In this document: positions 45,510-55,363 of the stretch, one piece after another
Layout of the letters: every line of letters begins with the position of its first letter
Position numbering within the stretch: the first letter of the stretch is position 1
From: a virus
Reading direction: 5' to 3' (one strand)
Length of the DNA: 64,000 nt
Virus record (IMG/VR): IMGVR_UViG_3300036893_000033
Location: 1-64,000 of that record
Program-made: the position numbers and the translations under genes
The notes under the pieces: generated by a model
Databases searched by the model: none
What the model saw: only the letters and a program-made list of their open reading frames with translations
Told to the model about the DNA's origin: nothing

Positions 45510-46379
45510 ATGGCAGCAATCGACCTCACCACGACAGCATCGGTTCGCGGGTACCTCAGCATCACAGCCGGGGCCAGTGCCGGTGCGCCGCCCGTCATTG
45601 CTACCACCATCGCCGCGCCCATCGCTGCCGGAATCCACACAGTTACGCCGCTTAGTATGCAGAATATCGCCGTCAACACCGTTCTTCAGATTGACGTGGG
45701 AATGTCACAGGAGTACGTCCAGGTGACCGGCATCACGGGCACTACATTCACGGCCAGTTTCGCGCTGCCGCACGCGGCGACCCCGGTGCCGGTCGCGGAT
45801 GTCACCGACTCCGTGATCGCGGGGATGATTTCCGACGCCTCTCAGATTTTTCTGGAGCGGATCGGGGTGGCATCGCTCAACTCCGTCAATACGTTCAATG
45901 AGACGTACGACGGCAACGGGACTTCGACTCTTTTTCTGCGTCAGCGGCCTATTGTGTCGATCACGCAGCTCATGGTTAACACCGTGATCGTGCCGCAGTC
46001 CACGCAGGTGAATATCCCGGGCTGGGTTGTGGCGGACGATGCGGCCAGGCTAATTATCCGCCCCGCTGGCCTGCCGTGGGGCCAAGGCTGGAACGGTGGC
46101 GTCGGAATCTACCGCCAGGGGTACGCAGGCTGGGGCTGGGCGTACCAGCAGGGAATCCAGAACATTCAGGTGTCGTATACGGCTGGCTACACGATGACGC
46201 CGTGGGACATCCAGCAGAAGGTTACGCAGTTGGTGGCGATCAACTATAAGCGCCGCGACTGGATCGACCAGCAGAGCCAGGTATTGCAGGGGGCGGGCAA
46301 TATCCGCTACCGGGACTGGGAGTTTCCGCCTGAGGTTGAGAACTGCATTCGGCGGTACATGCGAAGGAGCTTGAATTAA
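45510..46379 (+). CDS. Head-tail connector/adaptor protein
   Basis: DLTTTASVRGYL; ETYDGNG..LFLRQRPIVSI; VSYTAGY..TPWDIQQ. Confidence 0.8.
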   Translation: MAAIDLTTTASVRGYLSITAGASAGAPPVIATTIAAPIAAGIHTVTPLSMQNIAVNTVLQIDVGMSQEYVQVTGITGTTFTASFALPHAATPVPVADVTDSVIAGMISDASQIFLERIGVASLNSVNTFNETYDGNGTSTLFLRQRPIVSITQLMVNTVIVPQSTQVNIPGWVVADDAARLIIRPAGLPWGQGWNGGVGIYRQGYAGWGWAYQQGIQNIQVSYTAGYTMTPWDIQQKVTQLVAINYKRRDWIDQQSQVLQGAGNIRYRDWEFPPEVENCIRRYMRRSLN

Positions 46380-46868
46380 ATGAGTAACAGCGTAAAGCGC
46401 TCCGTAACTAAGATCCTCGCCGCGCTGGCCGCATGCGTGGCCGTGGGCTACGTCATGGCGCAGACAACCTCCCCGCGCCCGGTCAACAACGGCAGTCTTC
46501 AGTCGCGGCAGTTTGTAGTCACGAACCTCTCGCTGTGTACTTCAGCTAAGCCGTGCTATCCGACCGTGGCCGGAAATCCCAACCAGAAAGACACCGGGGA
46601 CGTGTACTTCGGCCAGGCACTGAATAACGTTGCCTCCGCTGGGCAGGTAGTGGTCGGGACGGGAGCCTTCACGCTCGTCATAACCGACGGCAATGGAACT
46701 GTCTGGATCAGCGCCCCGCAGACGGCGGCGGTGAGCGGCACGATCATGAATTCACTGGACAGCATGCACGGACTTTACATGCAGGGCGGTTTTACGGTTT
46801 ACTGTTCGGACTCAGCGAGTGGCGCAAACTGCGCTGCCGGGCTTTTGCAGATCCAATACCAACGATAA
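46380..46868 (+). CDS. Hypothetical protein with Sec-type signal peptide
   Basis: KRSVTK-ILAALAACVAVGYVMA-QTT. Confidence 0.65.
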   Translation: MSNSVKRSVTKILAALAACVAVGYVMAQTTSPRPVNNGSLQSRQFVVTNLSLCTSAKPCYPTVAGNPNQKDTGDVYFGQALNNVASAGQVVVGTGAFTLVITDGNGTVWISAPQTAAVSGTIMNSLDSMHGLYMQGGFTVYCSDSASGANCAAGLLQIQYQR

Positions 46869-47410
46869 TGTCCCTGACTTATCAAATCGACGCGCAGCTC
46901 CAATCCTTCACCGAGGCGAAGGCGGAGCAGTACTACGCCGCGCTGCGCACGAAGCTGGATTCGCTGAACGATCAGCTTCGGTCGAAGATGATAGATAACC
47001 TTTCGGGCGCGGTCGTCCATGCGGTCAGCGGCAAAGCGGCGCGGTCGGTCGAGATGATCCCCTCCTCCACGTCAGGGACGCTCACTGAGGGCGCAGTGCA
47101 GGCAGGCGGCGGCCTTGCGCCGTACCTGAAGTATCAGGAACTTGGCACCGTGGGGCCGTACACGATCGCTCCTAAGTTCGCCACGCTGCCCGGTGAGAAA
47201 TTCGCGAATTACCACGGGCGTATGGGAAAGCCTGTTGGCCAGCAGGCGGGCGTGCTCGCTTTCGTATGGAAAGGGCGGCAGGTTTTCTTCAAGAGCGTCA
47301 TGCATCCCGGCCTCGATGCCAAGGAGCCGGTCAAGGAGGCGGCTATCGAGATGGCTCCTGTGATTGTGGCCGGAATCAAGGAAGTGGGGGCTGAGGTGTT
47401 CGCGTCATGA
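46868..47410 (+). CDS. Neck/tail-completion protein (HK97 gp10-like)
   Basis: APYLKYQELGT.GPYTI.PK...LAFVW...KSVMHPG. Confidence 0.75.
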   Translation: MSLTYQIDAQLQSFTEAKAEQYYAALRTKLDSLNDQLRSKMIDNLSGAVVHAVSGKAARSVEMIPSSTSGTLTEGAVQAGGGLAPYLKYQELGTVGPYTIAPKFATLPGEKFANYHGRMGKPVGQQAGVLAFVWKGRQVFFKSVMHPGLDAKEPVKEAAIEMAPVIVAGIKEVGAEVFAS

Positions 47411-47892
47411 ACGTAAGTCGCGAGACCGTGGCGCTGGCATTCTACGGGCTGTTTAATCCGTCCGGGTTGAACGTTAACGGCGGACTGTTTACGACAGTCA
47501 CCCGCACCTGGGATCTTCCGCAGCAACTCAGCCCGGAGCAGTTACCGGCAATCTACTGTATCGAGGATGACGAGGTTGACACCGAAGCCGAGCGTACCGG
47601 CGTCTGGAACCAGCAGGTTTACGTTTTGAAGTGGCGGCTGGCTGTAGTAGCGCAAATGCCCGGCAAGGATAGCGGCGTCACACCCATGAGCGTTATCAAC
47701 CCGATGATCGACGCGGTGGATGGAATCGGTGGCGTGGGCGGCATACGCGCGGGAACGCTGCCGGGCACGAATCAGACGCTGGGCGGGATCGTCTCGAATG
47801 TATTCATCGACGGTCAGGTTATGAAGGTTCCGGGGTACCTGGGACAGTATGCTTTGGGTGTTATTCCGATCAGTATTTATACGGGGATTTAA
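47407..47892 (+). CDS. Tail terminator-like protein
   Basis: Position; QTLGGIVSNVFIDG. Confidence 0.65.
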   Translation: MNVSRETVALAFYGLFNPSGLNVNGGLFTTVTRTWDLPQQLSPEQLPAIYCIEDDEVDTEAERTGVWNQQVYVLKWRLAVVAQMPGKDSGVTPMSVINPMIDAVDGIGGVGGIRAGTLPGTNQTLGGIVSNVFIDGQVMKVPGYLGQYALGVIPISIYTGI

Positions 47893-47915
47893 GAGAGATT
47901 TAAGGAGAAAAGATT

Positions 47916-48719
47916 ATGCCTAACTCAGCAGTGCAGGGGTATTATATAGAGTTCGGGTCCGCGTGGCTCTTTTGCCTGCCCAACGGCGGCAACCAAGTGG
48001 CCGCTCCGCAGCCCGTGTTCCCGCTCACCGTACAGGACGTGGCCGTCGAGACCAAGGGTAAGCTGGAGGAATTGCGCGGCCAGTACCAGTGGCCCGACGA
48101 CACCGCACTCGGCGACAAATCGGGAACATTCAAGTTCGGCATCGGTCGCAAGGACTGGTATCTGTTCAATCAGATTTACTTCTCCGACACTGTGATCTCT
48201 GGCGGCGTGACCGTGGTTCCTAATCAGCTAAACAGCGTTCCTGCAACCACCTCCTATGTCGTGACCCCCACGCTCCCGGCCACTGGCGTTTACGTCGCTG
48301 ACTTAGGTGTTATCTACGCATCGGGCGCGAATGTTGGAAAGCGCCTTCAGGAGCAGACCGGATCGCTCACGCAGGCTGGCCAATACCAGGTTAACGTGAG
48401 CACCGGCGTTTACACGTTCGACTCTGCCGATGCCTCCGCACAGGTCTACATCAGCTTTAGTTGCACAGTCACTTCTGGCTCAACCTACGAGGCAAACAAC
48501 CAGATCATGGGCTACGGTCCGCAGTGCGAACTCTTCCTTGTGGATGCCTACCAGCCGACTGCTGGCGTAAACAATTGCCTTCAGGTCTTCGCCGCAAAGG
48601 TCAGCGATGTCGGTAACGTTGGCGGAAAGCGCTCCGGCTACGCAATGCCAGAAATATCCGGCCAGTTCTACGCCAACTCCAGCGGTCAGGTTCTGCGCGC
48701 ATTCTGTTCAGCCGGTTAA
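47916..48719 (+). CDS. Major tail (tube) protein
   Basis: AAGGAG RBS; QDVAVE...ELRGQYQWP; GQYQV..GVYTF. Confidence 0.75.
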   Translation: MPNSAVQGYYIEFGSAWLFCLPNGGNQVAAPQPVFPLTVQDVAVETKGKLEELRGQYQWPDDTALGDKSGTFKFGIGRKDWYLFNQIYFSDTVISGGVTVVPNQLNSVPATTSYVVTPTLPATGVYVADLGVIYASGANVGKRLQEQTGSLTQAGQYQVNVSTGVYTFDSADASAQVYISFSCTVTSGSTYEANNQIMGYGPQCELFLVDAYQPTAGVNNCLQVFAAKVSDVGNVGGKRSGYAMPEISGQFYANSSGQVLRAFCSAG

Positions 48720-49330
48720 TGCGGCCATTGCCGGGTAACGACATGGACACCTGCCGGGGATGCAGATACTTCGAGCGCGAACGGAGGCGCCCCTCCGAAC
48801 CGCATATCCATGAGATGTCCGTGCAGGCGTTCGTCTGCCTGCGATCCCCGGCGCATGTGATTTACGCAAGAGACGACGGTTTTCCGAAAAGGTGTAATCA
48901 CTACCAAAAATGTTCTGTGATCGGAACTGAATGGCCTATGCCGATAACGATAGACTGGGAATTAGCCCGAAGAGGCTGGGCTACTATGTACGGGTTTACC
49001 AGAAACTCGCTTCTTATTCTAGCCTTCTTCTGCATTCTTGGCGCGCTGGTTCCTTCGTACATTCCGGGACAGGGCGATAATTCCCGCATCGAGATCCAGC
49101 AGGACGACCTGCGTCTGCGCCTGGACAAGCAGGACGTTCGGGACGCGGTGGTGGACGAGAAGCTGTCCACGCTGGCGGAGCAAATGAAGGAATCCCGCGA
49201 CTGGCAGGACTCGATGGGCAATCGCCTGAACGTGTTCCTGGCCGGGTTCCTGATGTTTGTGGCCAAGCAGATGTTTGAGCGGGCTTTTGGCGGGAGGTTC
49301 GGGGACAAGAAAGGGAAGACAGATGCCTGA
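48719..49330 (+). CDS. Membrane protein (TM-coil-TM), possibly lysis-related; real start may be 48938
   Basis: SLLILAFFCILGALV...LNVFLAGFLMFV. Confidence 0.5.
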   Translation: MRPLPGNDMDTCRGCRYFERERRRPSEPHIHEMSVQAFVCLRSPAHVIYARDDGFPKRCNHYQKCSVIGTEWPMPITIDWELARRGWATMYGFTRNSLLILAFFCILGALVPSYIPGQGDNSRIEIQQDDLRLRLDKQDVRDAVVDEKLSTLAEQMKESRDWQDSMGNRLNVFLAGFLMFVAKQMFERAFGGRFGDKKGKTDA

Positions 49331-49611
49331 TAACGAAGAGGATAAAAAGCGAAGTAAAGGGGGTGATCACGCCTTGGCGGCTGATGATTCGCCCTCCACG
49401 GCTGCGCCGGAGGCACAGCCCAGTCCTGATGGCCCTCCAGGCGGCAGCACGGGAACGTAGTGGTATCCTGCATTCCATAGGCCTCCACACTCAGGCGCAG
49501 AAACGCGGCTAAGTGCGCTTTGCGTCCATCGAGCCGATCCGACTTAACAGTCCGGGGTGGGCAGGGCGATGATCCGGGCGTAATAGTCCGGCGGGAGGCT
49601 CCAGTAATTAA

Positions 49612-49980
49612 ATGCTCTGGTACTTGGAACTCCTGCTCGAATCAGCGCTACTGACGCGCCTCTGCCTGAACCGCGATCCGCGCAAGTATTTCCAGGCATT
49701 CGTCGCCGTTGATCTCCTCGGCGGCATCCTCTCCATGCTCGGTCAGCGGTTGCACTTCCTTGGCTTCAGCGCCCACGCTTGGTGGATCGCCACAATCGCC
49801 TGCATACCGCTGATGGCGCTGTCGCTCAACGAGGCGTCTGAGCGCCGTCACCGATTGCTATTGTTCTGGTGGGTAGCCTTCGGCTACGGCTGCGCCTGGA
49901 TACGCATTTTCCCGCTCACGAATCAGGTTCTTCTGGTCGGTAACTGCCTTGCTTTTATCGCTTGGCTTTGTGTGGCATAA
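49612..49980 (+). CDS. Multi-pass membrane protein
   Basis: Several hydrophobic segments; GGAGG upstream. Confidence 0.65.
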   Translation: MLWYLELLLESALLTRLCLNRDPRKYFQAFVAVDLLGGILSMLGQRLHFLGFSAHAWWIATIACIPLMALSLNEASERRHRLLLFWWVAFGYGCAWIRIFPLTNQVLLVGNCLAFIAWLCVA

Positions 49981-50006
49981 TAAACGCCAGGGAGAATCAC
50001 CACCTC

Positions 50007-50342
50007 TTGAAAAAGAAAACGGTAACATTCGGCGATGCGTCGATAACATTCGCGGAGCTTAACAGGTTTCAGGCCAAGGAGCTTCTGAGGTGGAGTTCCG
50101 AAGCCAGGGAAGCGCCTAAAACTGAGGAAGAGATGGAGTCCCGGTTCTGGCACACCATCGCCATCAGCGTCAACAACGCGGTCGCGCCACCGACCGAAGC
50201 CAGCCCGCTCGGTTCCGACGCAGGGGTGCCTCACCTTCAGGCCACCATCGGATTTGCGTCATCCAAAGAGTTGCACTCCATGATCCTCGACCTCAGTGGC
50301 CTCACGAGCACATCCTCGGGGGAAACGCCGGCCCCCAGTTAA
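50007..50342 (+). CDS. Tail assembly chaperone (G)
   Basis: Between tail tube and TMP; ends SGETPAPS with a slippery site. Confidence 0.75.
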   Translation: MKKKTVTFGDASITFAELNRFQAKELLRWSSEAREAPKTEEEMESRFWHTIAISVNNAVAPPTEASPLGSDAGVPHLQATIGFASSKELHSMILDLSGLTSTSSGETPAPS

Positions 50343-50668
50343 CAGACGTTGCGGAACTGGATCGGCGCATAGCAACGGCAACCGGGTGGACGTTCCGGTA
50401 TATCGACAGTCTTTGGTCATCGGAGTTCTTTGCGCTGATCGATAGCTGGCGCAATAACCCTCCGGCAAACGAGGCGCTCCAGATGGCGCTGAGGGCGTTC
50501 ACGAACTGGAAACCGGAAGAGGCGAAACATTCTTCAAGCACTGAAGATATCCGCGACTTCGCCATGCACACGGGGGTGCCTGTGGTGCCGATTGAGATGA
50601 TGGAGCCACGACTCAGGGGGTACCTGGATCTGGCGCGGGCGCAGATGGCTTCGGAGAAAATTAACTGA
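50318..50668 (+). CDS. Tail assembly chaperone GT extension via -1 frameshift at G-GGG-GAA (50318-50324)
   Basis: -1 frame is open from the heptamer through IATATGWTFRYIDSL...WRNNPP to the stop at 50668. Confidence 0.8.
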   Translation, partial: GGNAGPQLTDVAELDRRIATATGWTFRYIDSLWSSEFFALIDSWRNNPPANEALQMALRAFTNWKPEEAKHSSSTEDIRDFAMHTGVPVVPIEMMEPRLRGYLDLARAQMASEKIN

Positions 50669-50961
50669 TGAGCGTGCGCGTCAGGTTTGAGTACAGCATC
50701 CTTAACTTCGAGGGGCCGTCGCTTGGGGTGATCCGCCAGGAGATCGCCAAAATGGGGCAGTCCGGGTGGGAGAACTATGCTGTTGACATGGGTCGGCTAT
50801 GGTTCTTTTTTAAGCGCCCAGCCGACCCCCTCGCGGACTTCGAGCACGTCCCGCAGCAGCCTGCGGTTAAGCCGGTAGTGCCTGTGGTCGCCCCGCCGCC
50901 TGCGGTGGCTCCGCTGCTAAATCGCAATAAGCAGTACCAGAACGGAGCGGCACGGCGATGA
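50668..50961 (+). CDS. DUF4177-like hypothetical protein
   Basis: FEYSIL...MGQSGWE...FFFKRP. Confidence 0.6.
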   Translation: MSVRVRFEYSILNFEGPSLGVIRQEIAKMGQSGWENYAVDMGRLWFFFKRPADPLADFEHVPQQPAVKPVVPVVAPPPAVAPLLNRNKQYQNGAARR

Positions 50962-51075
50962 GGATCGCATTCTGGCTCCTCCGAAGATTCGAGATATTCC
51001 GCCTGCCTGAACAGCAGAACACGGAGATACGCGCAGAGGTTGATTCGCTCTATGAAGTAGTCTACGGAGTATGGG

Positions 51076-53964
51076 GTGAGCACCATGCCTGATTCCGATT
51101 ACATTAGAATTTTAACACAACTTGATGCTTCTGGCGTAAGAGACGGAATGGCGCAAGTCAATTCTGCCGTCAAGTCCGGTCTCGATCAGGTCAAATCCGC
51201 CTATGCTCAGGCTCAGGCGCAGGTCAAAGCTGCTGAAGAAGGACTGAAGACAGCGCAGGCCGCTATCGGGACTAACGCCGCCGCATGGGTTCAGAACAAA
51301 ACTGCGGTTACCGCCGCTGAAGAGGCGCTGGCGAAGGCGACACTCGCTGCCGCGTCCCTCAAAGCGCAAATGGTGCAGTTGTCACCCGCCGTCGATAAGG
51401 CTACCTACTCCATGCTCCAGGCCAGATTAGCTGGCCGTGCCCTGGTGCAGGAGGTCGGAGGCCCACTGTCGTTTGTGTTCGGACAGGTTGCCAGTCAGTC
51501 GGCTACGCTGGGTCCGCTCATGGCGAACCTCTTCCCGTACATCGCGGGAGCGGCCTTTGTAAAAATAGCATACGACGTTGGGAAAGAATTGTACGACTTG
51601 GTGGAGAAGTCTGGCCCGCTGATCGAGGCGGAGAAGCAACTTGCCGAACAGACGGCAAAGGACACGCAGGAGTTCTCTAAACTGGAGGACCAGTTTGAGC
51701 ACCTTGAAATCGAAAAAATAACGCAGGAGTTGGGCAAGCTGGCCGGGCTGAAGCTTGCTGGATTTTTCGACGCCGGGGAACTGGCTCGCGATGAGTCCAG
51801 AGTAAAGTATCTGAGCGATTTGGCAGTACGTACGAAGCAGAAGATAGCCTCTGATGAATATCAGACATCCAACCCCGTAATATCCACTCTTGAGGCCTTC
51901 AATCCTCTGGTGACTGGCATGAAGTTTGCCAATATCGACGACGCACAGGCACAAATAGATAACCTAAAAAAGATAAACGATGAACTGGACACGCTTAACG
52001 AAAAGCTACGGGTAGAACACTTGCTGCGCGATTTAAATTCCGGCAAGCAAAGCAAGCAGGAGGCCGACGACCTAAAGGATCAGTTCGACGCGCGGGTCGC
52101 GGCGGAGCGCAAGGCCAACGCTGAATTATCCCGCAGCATCCACGATAAATACGACGATCAGGTGTCAGCACTCAAGGCGGGAGCCGATTACTCGAAGGCC
52201 GCCGAGACGAAAATCCGCCAGGACGAGCTTGCAGAGGCGGAATCATACGGCAACCGCGTCAAAGAGTTGACGGTCGAGGTCAACAAGCAGGTCGCATCGC
52301 TGACACTTGAGGGCCAGACTGGACTCGCCCGCATTGTTCGCGAAGGGCATCGCATCGAGGCCGAAGAAGACAAAAAAGCCATAAAGGAAAAAGAAGCCAC
52401 CCTGAAAGAGGGCTTTGAGGTTCTGGCTCGCGAAACTGAGCGCGAGGGGGAAGAACAGATTCGCGCCATACAGGCGCAGGAGCGGGACGCCGAGGCTGCG
52501 CGCAAAGAATCCTATCAGGTGAAACGCAGAGTAACGGAGTCTGCCGGCGCCATTGGGGTAGATCCACTCGAAGTTCAGAAGGTTCAGGTCGAGGAAGCCG
52601 ACAAGGAGCGCGAGAAAAGCATATTCGGGGAGAGCGTAAGGCAGCACGTCGAGTACCTTACGCAGATCGCGGATATAGACCAGGGCATCATCAGGGAAAA
52701 GAAATCCGTCGTGGAGACGTTGAAGGCTCAGGACGAGGCGGCGTTAGCGGAGGCGCATAGGCATGGTGACGACACGAAGTTAATCGACGAGAACATTGCA
52801 CGTGACGACCAGCAGTTGGCTGCGTTGTCGAAAGAAGCGGCAATTGACAAGCTGAAGTCCGACGCCGCCATAGTCGAAGCCGAAACCGCCAACTGGCAGA
52901 AGCTAATCAAGACCCTCAACGGCGAAATCTCCAGCGGACTCGAACACGCCTTTAACGACCTGCTTCAACATCCGAAGAACTTCCAGAAAGACCTGAACTC
53001 CATCTGGCAGAAGATGCTGGAGGATGCCGAAGGGTTCTTTATTAAACTGGGCGTGAAGATCGCTGAGATCGAGGCGCTGAAGATTCTGTTGCCAAACTCA
53101 CAGGCATCGAAGAATGCTCCGAGCATTGCGGATACAATCCGAGACGCGCTGGGGTTGAAGCATAAGGGCGGGGCTGGGCTGCCCGCGCCGGGGAGTGGTG
53201 GAATATTGGGTACCGGCGTCGGAGCACCCACCGGCACTGCCGCGCAGACACCGACACAGGCAACTCATGGCCTCGGCTCACCCGCCACGGCAGGCGCGGA
53301 CCCGGCTACTAACGCGGTTACGTTGGCGCAGCAACAGGCGCAGGCATTCTACGGCCAGCAGATCAGTTACGACCAGCAGATCCTTCAGGCGCTCCAGGAC
53401 ATCCGCACCAGCGCACAGGAGTCGGCGTCATGTACTTGCAGTTCAAGCGGCGGCGGCAGCAGCCTGGCAAATTCGGCGCTCACCACGGCAGGCGCGTTGG
53501 CAGGCGCAGCGGTCGGATCTAAGATCGGACAGATGGGCACTAATAACAGCCCGCAGTACGACAGCGGTGGTGGCTCTTACTTCCCGATCTACGACCCGTA
53601 TGGTCTCGGGTCTGGCTACAACCCAGGCTACGATCCGAATGACCCAGGGGCCACCGGCAACGACCCCGGAACCGCCAGCGGATGGAGCGCGGGCGGCGCG
53701 GACATCAGGCCCAAGGCGCACCTGTCGATGGGAACTAATTATGTGCCCAAGAGCGGCGTGTATCACCTAGACAGAGGCGAGTCGGTTCAGCCAAAAGCGT
53801 ATAACCCGGCAGCGGGCGGTCAAGGCGCGGGTGGTGACACGCACCACCACTGGGGAGGGATCACGGTCAACGCGCCGCAGGCATCCAACCCACAGCAGAT
53901 CGGGGCTATGGTGCTCCAGCATGTGCAGTCTGAAATGCGCCGGTCGAACAGGAAGGCGGCATGA
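51076..53964 (+). CDS. Tape measure protein
   Basis: 962 aa Ala/Glu/Lys-rich helical protein after the chaperones; C-terminal GTNYVP...LDRGESV. Confidence 0.9.
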   Translation: MSTMPDSDYIRILTQLDASGVRDGMAQVNSAVKSGLDQVKSAYAQAQAQVKAAEEGLKTAQAAIGTNAAAWVQNKTAVTAAEEALAKATLAAASLKAQMVQLSPAVDKATYSMLQARLAGRALVQEVGGPLSFVFGQVASQSATLGPLMANLFPYIAGAAFVKIAYDVGKELYDLVEKSGPLIEAEKQLAEQTAKDTQEFSKLEDQFEHLEIEKITQELGKLAGLKLAGFFDAGELARDESRVKYLSDLAVRTKQKIASDEYQTSNPVISTLEAFNPLVTGMKFANIDDAQAQIDNLKKINDELDTLNEKLRVEHLLRDLNSGKQSKQEADDLKDQFDARVAAERKANAELSRSIHDKYDDQVSALKAGADYSKAAETKIRQDELAEAESYGNRVKELTVEVNKQVASLTLEGQTGLARIVREGHRIEAEEDKKAIKEKEATLKEGFEVLARETEREGEEQIRAIQAQERDAEAARKESYQVKRRVTESAGAIGVDPLEVQKVQVEEADKEREKSIFGESVRQHVEYLTQIADIDQGIIREKKSVVETLKAQDEAALAEAHRHGDDTKLIDENIARDDQQLAALSKEAAIDKLKSDAAIVEAETANWQKLIKTLNGEISSGLEHAFNDLLQHPKNFQKDLNSIWQKMLEDAEGFFIKLGVKIAEIEALKILLPNSQASKNAPSIADTIRDALGLKHKGGAGLPAPGSGGILGTGVGAPTGTAAQTPTQATHGLGSPATAGADPATNAVTLAQQQAQAFYGQQISYDQQILQALQDIRTSAQESASCTCSSSGGGSSLANSALTTAGALAGAAVGSKIGQMGTNNSPQYDSGGGSYFPIYDPYGLGSGYNPGYDPNDPGATGNDPGTASGWSAGGADIRPKAHLSMGTNYVPKSGVYHLDRGESVQPKAYNPAAGGQGAGGDTHHHWGGITVNAPQASNPQQIGAMVLQHVQSEMRRSNRKAA

Positions 53965-54146
53965 TGCCCATACAGTTTACCCCACGCGCCGATGGTTGCA
54001 TTCCGGACGCCTGCCCGGATTGGGATGTGTGCGCGGTCTGCGGGGAAGTGATCGACTACTACGATGGCAAGCAGCGCGTTGAAGATCCGATGTCGCTACA
54101 TCGATTCAGGCACGGCAGCGAAGGATGTCCGAGGGACCGTAAATGA
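53961..54146 (+). CDS. Small Cys-rich protein
   Basis: Coupled to both neighbours; CAVCG. Confidence 0.5.
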   Translation: MMPIQFTPRADGCIPDACPDWDVCAVCGEVIDYYDGKQRVEDPMSLHRFRHGSEGCPRDRK

Positions 54147-54838
54147 TATCCCTCTGCATGATTACCCTAAACGAATCCCCCCGCCTCCAGCGCGCCATAG
54201 ACTCCGCACGCTCTCAGGTGGAGGAGCTTATCATCGTAGACACCGGCAGCACTGACGGAACCGTGGATATCGCCCGCGACAACATGGCGACGGTGGCACG
54301 CATCCCGTTCGTGGACTTCTCCCACGCGCGGAACTACAGCATATCGCTCGCACACGGGGATTACATTTTCGTCCTCGACGCCGACGAGACGCTGGAGGGC
54401 GAATTGCCGGTCCCTCACGTAAAACACAGCTACGCCTTTCATCGGGTCAACGTCGGGCCGGATTACAGGGCATGCGACGATTACCCCGTGCGACTGTTCC
54501 CGCGCTCCGCCTGCTACGAGGGCCGGGTACATGAGACCGTCAACGCCTCCGTTGCTCGCAACGGCGGCTCGATCCGCAGCGTAGCGAACGCGATCCGTCA
54601 CTGGCTCCCGACGCAAGGGGAGCGGAAGGCCAAGAATCTGCGCTACATTGAAGTCTTGAGGCAGGAAATAGCGGAGTCGCCTAACATGGAACGTATGGAG
54701 TTTCTGGCGGCGGAGTATTACCAGATGGGCGAGTTTCAGCAGGCAGCGGCAGTGGCGCAGGGGATCGTTGACCGGTGGCCCGGTAACGGTCGCTGGCACC
54801 AGCGGGCGCGTCGCTACCGGGAGGCGGTGGCAGCATGA
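54143..54838 (+). CDS. Glycosyltransferase family 2 with TPR-like tail
   Basis: ISLCMITLNE, IVDTGSTDGT, DFSHARN, LDADE, YEGRVHE. Confidence 0.9.
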   Translation: MISLCMITLNESPRLQRAIDSARSQVEELIIVDTGSTDGTVDIARDNMATVARIPFVDFSHARNYSISLAHGDYIFVLDADETLEGELPVPHVKHSYAFHRVNVGPDYRACDDYPVRLFPRSACYEGRVHETVNASVARNGGSIRSVANAIRHWLPTQGERKAKNLRYIEVLRQEIAESPNMERMEFLAAEYYQMGEFQQAAAVAQGIVDRWPGNGRWHQRARRYREAVAA

Positions 54839-55176
54839 CACCTGACGCTCGCATACCCATTCAGGACGCCTCCGTGCGCCAGATCGGTCCCGATACTTTT
54901 GAGGGCTGCGTGAGCAAGCAGCAATACGACTCCCTGAAGCTGATGATGCGGACGCCTTCTGTGGTGCTTCAGTGCCAGATATGCCACCCGACGGCGGGGG
55001 CGATAACGGTCAGGCTGAAGGCGTTCCTGGAGCGTCCGAAAGTATTGTGGGAGGCCGTTAAGGCGGACCCGCTTACGCCTAAGATCGTGATTCCCGACTG
55101 GATGAAGGCTGAGGCTAAGGTGCGGCGGGAGATGGCGGAGCGGAAGATGAAGAAGGCGATGAAGCATGGTCGCTGA
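54835..55176 (+). CDS. Hypothetical protein
   Basis: Coupled ORF. Confidence 0.55.
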   Translation: MTPDARIPIQDASVRQIGPDTFEGCVSKQQYDSLKLMMRTPSVVLQCQICHPTAGAITVRLKAFLERPKVLWEAVKADPLTPKIVIPDWMKAEAKVRREMAERKMKKAMKHGR

Positions 55177-55363
55177 GATAGGGGTCGCTGAGATAGAGCT
55201 ACTCCAGTTTTTTGAGCACGCCTTTGAAGGTCCGCCGTGTCCCGCGTGCCACGCCCCGCACTCGCGCTTCCTGTCCACCACGAACGAATGGAAATACTAT
55301 TGCAGGGCATGCTACCGCCGCTTTAATGGCGCGGGTGATTTTATGGATGAGGTATCGCGATGA
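55166..55363 (+). CDS. Small zinc-ribbon protein
   Basis: CPAC...YYCRAC.RRF. Confidence 0.55.
   Translation: MVAEIGVAEIELLQFFEHAFEGPPCPACHAPHSRFLSTTNEWKYYCRACYRRFNGAGDFMDEVSR

Noticed and set aside
50318-50324. Tail chaperone frameshift as a novelty
   Set aside because: Real but a well-known feature of long-tailed phages; listed under features only.
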